A DNA stretch of 64,000 bases, from NCBI GenBank assembly GCA_002347025.1, contig DEAE01000002.1:91544-155543 (forward strand), given 5' to 3'. The notes under the pieces were generated by a model, which saw nothing but the letters and a program-made list of their open reading frames with translations, had not been told where the DNA came from and did no database searches. This DNA comes from Acidobacteria bacterium UBA2990. GTDB taxonomy: Bacteria; Acidobacteriota; Vicinamibacteria; Vicinamibacterales; UBA8438. The number at the start of each line of letters is the position of its first letter. Within the stretch, counting starts at the first letter, position 1. Positions 28,943 to 36,590 of the stretch are shown here, piece by piece. Position numbers and translations under genes: made by a program.

Positions 28943-30301
28943 ATGGTGATTACGAAGAAATGCTTGTCTCGTCGCACGGTACTTCGAGGGCTTGGTGCGA
29001 GTGTTGCTCTGCCGCTGCTCGATGGCATGGTTCCGGCCTTTGCTGCTATCAGGAATAGCGCAGCCAGGCCAGTCAAGCGGCTCGGAGCGTTGTATGTCCC
29101 CAACGGAATGAGCATGCCTTACTGGCGACCTGCTTTGGAGGGGCCTCTGGAACTTTCTCCGGTTTTGACACCGTTGGCGCCCGTTCAGGACCAGCTGTTG
29201 GTGCTGAGTGGCATGGCGAATCAGGAGGCTAAGCAGTGGCTTGATGAGGGTGACGGCGACCATTCACGGTGTCAGGCTGCCTTTTTGACCGGAGCCCATG
29301 CGAAGAAAGCTTCAGGAGCTAACACGACACTTGAGGTGGGCGTGTCGATGGACCAACTTGCAGCTCGCGAACTACGAGAGGACACGCAGTTGGCGTCTCT
29401 CGAATTGTCGTTGGAGGCGAATGAACTCGTCGGGCAGTGTGAAGATGGGTATGGCTGTGCCTACAGCGCAACGCTGGCCTGGCAAGACCCCAACACCCCT
29501 CTGCCAATGCAGACAAATCCTCGGGCAGTGTTTGAACATTTGTTTGGTGCGGTGGGTAGCACAGAGAGCGATGCTAGGCTCAAGGCCCTTCGGCGAGACC
29601 GGAGCCTGCTCGATTCGGTGAGTGAGGAGCTTACTGCTCTCCAACGGCAACTCGGCCGCAGCGATAGGTCGAAACTGGGTGGATATTTGGACTCGGTGCG
29701 AGACATAGAAAGGCGCATCCAGATTGCTGAGACCCAGAGCGATCAAGAGCTGCCGGAGGTTATTCAGCCGGCTGGTATCCCTGCCAGTTTTGAGGAATAT
29801 GCTGATTTGATGTTTGATTTGTTGCTGGTCGCCTATCAGGCAGATCTGACCCGTGTGTCTACCTTCCTGTTTGGTCGTGAGAAGAGTGTGCGGACCTATC
29901 CAGAAATTGGCGTGGCTGATCCACATCACCCGACCTCACACCATCGGATGCGGCCAGAGCAGTTAGCGAAGCTGTCTAAGATCAACACGTTTCATATGCA
30001 AATATTTGGACGGTTCCTCGAGAAACTGCGGTCTACACCAGACGGAGATGGCTCGCTGCTGGACCATTCTGTGATGATTTATGGGGCTGGAATGGGAAAC
30101 AGCAACGCCCATGATCCCCTTGACCTGCCAATCGTGGTGGCTGGTGGCGGCGGAGGAACACTCAAGGGTGGGCGACACCTTCGTCTTCCGGATGGGACAC
30201 CGTTGGCAAACCTGCATTTAACCGTTCTTGAAAAGATGGGAATTTCTGCTGACAGCCTTGGCGATGCCACCGGCGAACTTCCGGTTCTGTCCGAGGTGTA
30301 G
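28943..30301 (+). CDS. DUF1552-type protein with a Tat-like signal, copy 1
   Basis: ATG at 28943 after GGTGGAGGA. MVITKKCLSRRTVLRGLGASVALPLLDGM, then the conserved blocks LPSLELS, RSLLDSV and GVADPHHPTSHH. Confidence 0.7.
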   Translation: MVITKKCLSRRTVLRGLGASVALPLLDGMVPAFAAIRNSAARPVKRLGALYVPNGMSMPYWRPALEGPLELSPVLTPLAPVQDQLLVLSGMANQEAKQWLDEGDGDHSRCQAAFLTGAHAKKASGANTTLEVGVSMDQLAARELREDTQLASLELSLEANELVGQCEDGYGCAYSATLAWQDPNTPLPMQTNPRAVFEHLFGAVGSTESDARLKALRRDRSLLDSVSEELTALQRQLGRSDRSKLGGYLDSVRDIERRIQIAETQSDQELPEVIQPAGIPASFEEYADLMFDLLLVAYQADLTRVSTFLFGREKSVRTYPEIGVADPHHPTSHHRMRPEQLAKLSKINTFHMQIFGRFLEKLRSTPDGDGSLLDHSVMIYGAGMGNSNAHDPLDLPIVVAGGGGGTLKGGRHLRLPDGTPLANLHLTVLEKMGISADSLGDATGELPVLSEV

Positions 30302-30362
30302 GTGAATGGCTGGTGGGCATCATGTCGGTGTCGCACCTCTGGGTCGTGTGCACGGGTAAGGA

Positions 30363-31844
30363 ATGGGTATGCGAATGCGCAACGAACTATTAACGATAAC
30401 CTTCGGGAGTTTGGCGTTAGCGGTTGCGAGCGTTACAGCGGCGAATGAGGGTGACCTGCGTGTGGTTGATGCTGCAAAGCAGCAAGACGAAGCTTCGGTT
30501 CGGGATTTGCTCACTCGGGGGACTCCGGCTGACGTGGCTCAGCCAGATGGGTTTACGGCTCTTCACTGGGCGGCGCAGTGGAACCACGCTGAAATCGCTG
30601 ACCTCGTCATTGGCGCAGGTGCGGATGTGAATGCGGCGGACCAGTACCAAGTGACGCCGCTAGCCTTAGCCTGCCTTAACGCGAGTTCTTCCATGGTGGA
30701 ACGACTATTGGAGGCTGGAGCGGACCCGAATTCAACCCAAGAGTCTGGCGAAACGGCACTTATGACTTGTGCGCGGAGCGGTCGGTGGAGCGCCGTGTCT
30801 CTGCTTGTTTCCCGTGGGGCAGATCTGGATGCGCGGGAAAGGGACCATGGTCAGACTGCCCTGATGTGGGCTGCCTGGGAAGGGCATACCGATGTGGTGA
30901 GGGGGTTGTTGCGCCACGGTGCCGAGGTGGACACACAGACTACCACCGGCTACACGGCGTTACTGCTTGCAGCACGAGAAGGTTACACAGAGACTACCAA
31001 GGCTCTACTCGATGCCGGGGCGGATGTGAATGCCACGGCCGAGGATGGTACGTCTGCCTTGCTGGTTGCCGTTATTCGAAGACATACAGGTTACGCAAAG
31101 TTTCTACTCGACCACGGCGCTGATCCGAATCTCGGTCCTGGATTCACCCCTTTGCACTGGGCGGCCGGCGAATGGGATACCGAACTGAATGATTTTTCGA
31201 ATGGTGTGGCGGAGGGCAATCAGTGGAGTGCCTTTGGTGGACTTTTGCCAGCGGACCGGTTGCGGATGGTAAAGCTTCTTCTCGACCACGGTGCAGACCC
31301 GAATATTCGGACTGATAGAACTCCAGGATTCGGGATTCGAGTGAAGGGGCATCTAGGCAACATTTCAGGGGGGACGCCTTTCCTGATAGCGGCTCGAGCA
31401 AACGATGTCGACGTCATGCGGGAGTTGTTGTTACGTGGTGCCGATCCACTGACTCCTACCAAGAACGGGACCACACCGTTGATGATGGCTGCCGGTGTTG
31501 GCCACGAGCCCGGCATCACTCGATCTATGGAGGGTGAGGCACTCGAGGCGGTCTACCTTTGTGTCGAGCTTGGAGCCGATGTGACTGCGGTTAACGAGGC
31601 CGGCGACACTGCCTTGCACGGGGCAGCATGGCGCGAGAGGGCAGATTCGATTGTTGAGTTCCTTGTGGCTCGAGGGGCCGACATTGATGCCAAGAATCGG
31701 AAAGAGTGGACGCCACTCGTTATTGCGGAAGGGGTTCATACTGGCGGTAACTTCATCAAATCCGATACAACCGCTGCGCTACTTCGGACACTCGGTGCAA
31801 CGCCCAGTCCGCCAGATATTTCAAGGGAGCCGGACGCCAGATAA
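30363..31844 (+). CDS. Secreted ankyrin-repeat protein (~12 repeats), copy 1
   Basis: Signal peptide LTITFGSLALAVASVTAA. Repeated TALHWAA..GH...V..LL..GADVNA units run throughout. Confidence 0.8.
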   Translation: MGMRMRNELLTITFGSLALAVASVTAANEGDLRVVDAAKQQDEASVRDLLTRGTPADVAQPDGFTALHWAAQWNHAEIADLVIGAGADVNAADQYQVTPLALACLNASSSMVERLLEAGADPNSTQESGETALMTCARSGRWSAVSLLVSRGADLDARERDHGQTALMWAAWEGHTDVVRGLLRHGAEVDTQTTTGYTALLLAAREGYTETTKALLDAGADVNATAEDGTSALLVAVIRRHTGYAKFLLDHGADPNLGPGFTPLHWAAGEWDTELNDFSNGVAEGNQWSAFGGLLPADRLRMVKLLLDHGADPNIRTDRTPGFGIRVKGHLGNISGGTPFLIAARANDVDVMRELLLRGADPLTPTKNGTTPLMMAAGVGHEPGITRSMEGEALEAVYLCVELGADVTAVNEAGDTALHGAAWRERADSIVEFLVARGADIDAKNRKEWTPLVIAEGVHTGGNFIKSDTTAALLRTLGATPSPPDISREPDAR

Positions 31845-32376
31845 GCGACGGCAGCCTGGAGGAGTGTCAGGGCCGTGCCATCGTAGAACTGGTTTTACAA
31901 TTCGGTAGTGCCGTGAGCGTCCACATGCCAGGGGCCAGTGTCTGAGCTGGCGTTTCTGGCGTTAGTTGATGGCCTTCTTAGCCAGCGTTCAGTGGAAGTA
32001 CGGTCACTTAAGCCGCCTCTTGGTATGCCTTGGTTGTCTGCCCGTCGTGATTGAGCTCGCTGACGGTTAGGGTTTACCCTCAGCCTCCGTACAGCTAGGC
32101 AACCACCCCCAGACTGGCATGTTGCGATTGTTTCAATTGGAATGGTCCTGACATGGGTATCATTTGTCTCTTCCTGACAAGAATGATGTGTTTACGGAGC
32201 TGGACATCGACAACATGTTGAACACGCTGACCGAGGCAGGGTGTCTTCAGGCATTGTTCCGGTCGTAGGTAGGTTGCCTGCTAGGGGGCTGTGGGATTGC
32301 TGCTGAAATGTTTGCTCATGGATGGATAGCCTAACAACACGAGGCAACTGTTTTGCGCAGCGATGGAGGAGTTCTG

Positions 32377-34080
32377 ATGGATGACACAGGGCGGTGCTGT
32401 GTGCTCGTGTTCGTGTTGGCTGGATTCCTTGGTGGTGTTTCGGTTGGGACTCAGGGAGAGACTTTTGAGCCAGTTACTGATGCGATGCTTCAAGACCCTG
32501 ACCCTGCCGATTGGTTGAACTGGCGACGGACGCTTGACGGGTGGGGCTATAGTCCGCTGGAACAGATCAATCGGGACAATGTCCATCAATTGAGTCTGGC
32601 ATGGTCCTGGACGATGACACCAGGTCTGAGTCAAGCTACACCGATTGTCTACGATGGTGTGATGTACCTTCCGAACCCGCTCAATATTGTGCAGGCGATT
32701 GATGCGCGGACTGGCGATCTGCTCTGGGAATACCGCAAGCAGTTCGACCGGTCGCCGGATGATTCATTTCGGGCACGGACTCGGTCGATTGCTATCTACG
32801 ACGACAAGGTTTATCTCAACACCAACGATGCTCATATCGTAGCTCTCGATGCCCGTAGTGGTGCAGTGGTCTGGGACCATACGGTGGCTGATAACCGACT
32901 GGGTTATCGGTATACCAGCGGGCCAATCGTGGTTTCAGGAAAAATTGTGGCAGGTATGACAGGGTGTGAACGCTATAAGGATGGCACCTGTTTTATTTCG
33001 GCTCACGATCCGCAGACCGGTGCTGAGTTGTGGCGGACATCGACCGTCGCCCAACCAGGGGACCCAGGAGGGGATAGTTGGGGGGATCTTCCGGCAACCT
33101 TTAGAGCTGGTGGCGACGCCTGGATACCTGGTAGTTATGACCCAGGCACAAATCTGATGTATTGGTCGACCTCTCAGGCAAAGCCTTGGGCACGGTTGTC
33201 GCGCGACACTGACGGCGATGCACTCTATACGAACAGTGCGCTCGCGATCTCCCCAGAGACCGGTAAGCTGGAATGGTATTACCAGTTCGTTCCCGGCGAG
33301 ACCCACGACCTAGACGAGGTATTTGAAAGTGTGCTGATCGACCACAATGGCCGTCAGTCGCTCTTCAAGATGGGCAAGCTTGGCATTCTGTGGGAACTTG
33401 ACCGGCAGACCGGGCAGTTTGTGGCCGCCCATGATTTGGGGTATCAGACGCTCATCGATGTGGACTCGGAGACAGGGAGGGCCACGTACAGGCCTGGGGT
33501 CATTCCGAAGCCTGGTGAGGCACTAGAGTTCTGCCCGGATTTCCAGGGGATTCGGAATTGGCGAGCGTCTGCCTATCATCCTGGAACGGGAGCGTTGTAC
33601 ATCCCCATTCATCCGAGATGTGTTCGCGGTGTCTTTAGTGAGGTCGCCAGAGAACCCCATCCTGTGGGGGACCTCAACTACTACGCAAACCCTCGTTGGA
33701 CTGGCTGGCAGGCGGACGGGAGGTTGCCTCACCCGAAGAGTCCAGACCATGATGGTCATCTTGTAGCGATTGATATTGAAACTGGTGCTGTTCGCTGGCG
33801 TCATTCGACTCGAACGCGGTCGTTGGTGGCTGCCTTGACGACAGGTGGAGGATTGGTGGTCACAGCGGATGGTGACCGCTACTTGTATATCAATGATGTC
33901 GAGACAGGGGCGGTGTTGTTTCAGACACGCCTGCCGTCTCCTCCTCAAGGGTTTCCTATCACTTACGCCGTGGATGGACGGCAGTACCTAGCCGTTCCCG
34001 TCGGTGGTGGTCGTCAGGTCGGTGCACCCAACGCGATGTTTGTGTTCACGTTGCCCGAGGAAGGTAGTGAGGAACCGTGA
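32377..34080 (+). CDS. PQQ-dependent dehydrogenase, methanol/ethanol family (8-bladed propeller), secreted
   Basis: ATG at 32377 after GGAGGAG. DPADWLNWRRTLDGWGYSPLEQINRDNVHQLSLAWSW, with repeated xxAxDxxTGxxxW blade motifs. Confidence 0.75.
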   Translation: MDDTGRCCVLVFVLAGFLGGVSVGTQGETFEPVTDAMLQDPDPADWLNWRRTLDGWGYSPLEQINRDNVHQLSLAWSWTMTPGLSQATPIVYDGVMYLPNPLNIVQAIDARTGDLLWEYRKQFDRSPDDSFRARTRSIAIYDDKVYLNTNDAHIVALDARSGAVVWDHTVADNRLGYRYTSGPIVVSGKIVAGMTGCERYKDGTCFISAHDPQTGAELWRTSTVAQPGDPGGDSWGDLPATFRAGGDAWIPGSYDPGTNLMYWSTSQAKPWARLSRDTDGDALYTNSALAISPETGKLEWYYQFVPGETHDLDEVFESVLIDHNGRQSLFKMGKLGILWELDRQTGQFVAAHDLGYQTLIDVDSETGRATYRPGVIPKPGEALEFCPDFQGIRNWRASAYHPGTGALYIPIHPRCVRGVFSEVAREPHPVGDLNYYANPRWTGWQADGRLPHPKSPDHDGHLVAIDIETGAVRWRHSTRTRSLVAALTTGGGLVVTADGDRYLYINDVETGAVLFQTRLPSPPQGFPITYAVDGRQYLAVPVGGGRQVGAPNAMFVFTLPEEGSEEP

Positions 34081-34144
34081 GTTTGAAGCTTTGGCTCGAT
34101 CACTCGGCTTGGCTCGAAGCGAAAGCAGGTTTAGGCACATTCCC

Positions 34145-34178
34145 GGTGTAAACGCACGGTCCCCTGCGCGTTTACACC
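34145..34178. terminator. Perfect 11-bp stem hairpin between convergent genes (candidate bidirectional terminator, no U-tract)
   Basis: GGTGTAAACGC-(12 nt)-GCGTTTACACC, located between the PQQ-ADH stop (34080) and the OsmC stop (34199). Confidence 0.35.
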
Positions 34179-34198
34179 GTTGAGTCTGGCAAACTGGC

Positions 34199-34624
34199 TC
34201 ACGACTCGAGCGTAGCGGTCATCGAAATCTCAGCATTCATAAGTTTCGAGATAGGGCAGCCGGCCTTGGCATCGTTGGCTGCGCTCTCGAACGCGGCTTG
34301 GTCTGCGCCAGGAACTTTCGCGGACACCTCCAAATGGATTCGGGTTACGGCGAATCCGTCCTCCACTTGCTCTAGCGAGACTGTGGCGCTGGTGCTGACG
34401 TGGGCTGGCGTGAGGCCGGCCTGCGCTAGTCCATGCGAGAGTGCCATTGAAAAACACCCGGCATGTGCCGCGGCGATCAGTTCCTCTGGGTTCGTGCCAG
34501 CGCTTCCCTCAAATCGCGTGGCGAACGTATAGGCAGCGTCTGTGAGAACGCCGCTTGTGCTTGAAATGGCTCCACTGCCACCTTTGAGGTCTCCCCTCCA
34601 GATGGCTGATGCCTTGCTGTCCAT
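34199..34624 (-). CDS. osmC: OsmC-family peroxiredoxin
   Basis: 141 aa with WRGDLKGGSGAIS, TNPEELIAAAHAGCFSMAL and AKAGCPISKLM, the two conserved Cys blocks of OsmC. Confidence 0.85.
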   Translation of the reverse strand: MDSKASAIWRGDLKGGSGAISSTSGVLTDAAYTFATRFEGSAGTNPEELIAAAHAGCFSMALSHGLAQAGLTPAHVSTSATVSLEQVEDGFAVTRIHLEVSAKVPGADQAAFESAANDAKAGCPISKLMNAEISMTATLES

Positions 34625-34802
34625 ACTTCCTCCTGACTTCTCGGGCCGGTCGGCATGGAGCCGAGGACCCTTTGTGAGTGTGGTAGTGCACTTCTTACTA
34701 GAAGTGTAGAGACCAAACCTTAATGCTAGGTGCTTAGGCTTTCTTACGCAAGCCGATGGTTATACTGCCGGTCTAGAAACTGTTCGGCTTCGGCCGTGTG
34801 CC

Positions 34803-36401
34803 TCATTTGTCTTGAAGAATGAATTTTGCGCCTTGTTCCGCAATCATCACAGTCGGAGCATTTGTGTTGCCCGAGGTGATTTGCGGCATGATCGAGGCAT
34901 CAATTACACGGAGACTATCGATGCCGTGTACGGCTAGGCGATCGTTCACGACGGCTTGGTTGTCATGTCCCATCTTGCAGGTCCCAACTGGATGAAAGAT
35001 GGTTGTCCCAAGATCTCCAGCCGCTTGGGATAGCGCCGCATCGCCTTCGACGTCAGGTCCAGGGAGCCACTCAATCGGTTCAAAACGGGCGAGGGACCGA
35101 GCGGCCATGATGCGGCGTGTGAAGCGTAGGCCAGCCACGGCAATTTCTCGGTCTTCCTTGGTCGAAAGATAGTTAAGGGTGATTGTAGGGGCATGTAGCG
35201 GATCTGGATTTTGTATCCGTACATGACCTCGACTTGTGGGCTGCAAATTGCAGACCGAAGGTGTGATGGCGTTAAACGTGTGTAATGGTGAGCCAAATTT
35301 GTCGAGGGATAAGGGTTGAACATGCCACTCCATGTTCGCTGAACGCCGAGACGGGTCACTCTTGGCGAAAGCTCCGAGTTGGGATGGTGGCATAGTAAGG
35401 GGTCCGGTCTTGAAGAGGAGATACTCTAACCCCATCGCGGCCTTACCGAACCATGAGTTTACCCGCTGGTTCAAAGTGACTGTGTGGCTGACTTTAAAGA
35501 TGGTCCGTATCTGAAGATGGTCTTGCAGGTTCTCGCCAACACCGGCAAGGTCGTGCACGACCTCCACGCCATGCTTCTGCAATACGGCACCGGGACCAAT
35601 CCCAGATAGCTGCAGAATCTGAGGAGACCCTATGGATCCAGCCGCGAGGATCACCTCTCGGCGAGCTTCTAGGATAGCGTCAGAGTCGACCAATTTTACT
35701 CCTCTTGCACGTTTGCGGCCGTCATGGATGTCAATTGCCAGACGGTCGACGTGCGCTCCAACCCGTATGGTTAGGTTCGGTCGATGTTCGACTGGTCGGA
35801 GAAAGGCTTTGGTGCCACTCCAGCGGCGGCCATTGCGTTGATTCATCTGAAAGTAGGCACTTCCCGAGTTGTCTCCACGGTTGAATTCGGTGATTTTGGG
35901 AATCCCGCATTCTTGGGCTGCCTCACGCCAAGCATCAAGGATTTCCCAGCTGACGCGTTTCTCTTCGACCCGCAGTTCGCCGCCGACACCATGGAAGGCA
36001 TCAGCGCCGTGCTGATAGTCTTCTGATTGCATGAAGATGGGGAGCACGTTCTCCCAGGACCAGCCACGATTTCCGAGTGATGCCCAATAGTCGTAGTCTT
36101 GTTGCTGTCCACGCATGTAAATCATGGCGTTGATTGATGAACATCCACCGAGAACCCGACCGCGGGCGTAGCCGATGCTGCGACCGTTGAGTCCTTGGTC
36201 AGGTTCAGTCGTATAACACCAGTCGGTACGAGGGTTGCCGATCGTGTAGAGATACCCAACCGGGATGTCGATCCAAAAATAGTTATCTTGTCCTCCGGCT
36301 TCCAGTAAGAGAACGCTATTGTTTGGATCAGCGGAGAGGCGGTTGGCTAGGACGCAGCCTGCAGTGCCACCACCTACGATGATGTAATCGTGGCTTATCA
36401 C
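34803..36401 (-). CDS. GMC-family FAD oxidoreductase (choline dehydrogenase-like)
   Basis: DYIIVGGGTAGCVLANRLSADPNNSVLLLEAGG, GGCSSINAMIYMRG and C-terminal HPVGTCKMG...VIDASIMP. Confidence 0.85.
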   Translation of the reverse strand: MISHDYIIVGGGTAGCVLANRLSADPNNSVLLLEAGGQDNYFWIDIPVGYLYTIGNPRTDWCYTTEPDQGLNGRSIGYARGRVLGGCSSINAMIYMRGQQQDYDYWASLGNRGWSWENVLPIFMQSEDYQHGADAFHGVGGELRVEEKRVSWEILDAWREAAQECGIPKITEFNRGDNSGSAYFQMNQRNGRRWSGTKAFLRPVEHRPNLTIRVGAHVDRLAIDIHDGRKRARGVKLVDSDAILEARREVILAAGSIGSPQILQLSGIGPGAVLQKHGVEVVHDLAGVGENLQDHLQIRTIFKVSHTVTLNQRVNSWFGKAAMGLEYLLFKTGPLTMPPSQLGAFAKSDPSRRSANMEWHVQPLSLDKFGSPLHTFNAITPSVCNLQPTSRGHVRIQNPDPLHAPTITLNYLSTKEDREIAVAGLRFTRRIMAARSLARFEPIEWLPGPDVEGDAALSQAAGDLGTTIFHPVGTCKMGHDNQAVVNDRLAVHGIDSLRVIDASIMPQITSGNTNAPTVMIAEQGAKFILQDK

Positions 36402-36590
36402 AGCCTGATCGTAGCGCTAAACGACGACTGGCGACTAATGAACAGGGTGGAAGCACCAGCATGTCAGCTTCTCAGCCGACCATGGTTTCTGCCATGCCGG
36501 TACATGCCTGGCTACGAGAAACGCTTTTTGAGTGATTCTGGTGTGGAATTGAGCGAAAATACTGTGGCGGGAGTGCTGCTTCGGAATGCA

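Noticed and set aside
36390-36590. N-terminal extension of the second DUF1592-type ORF
   Set aside because: It overlaps the GMC oxidoreductase start codon region. The paralog alignment supports a start at MPRRLSVV (36591).
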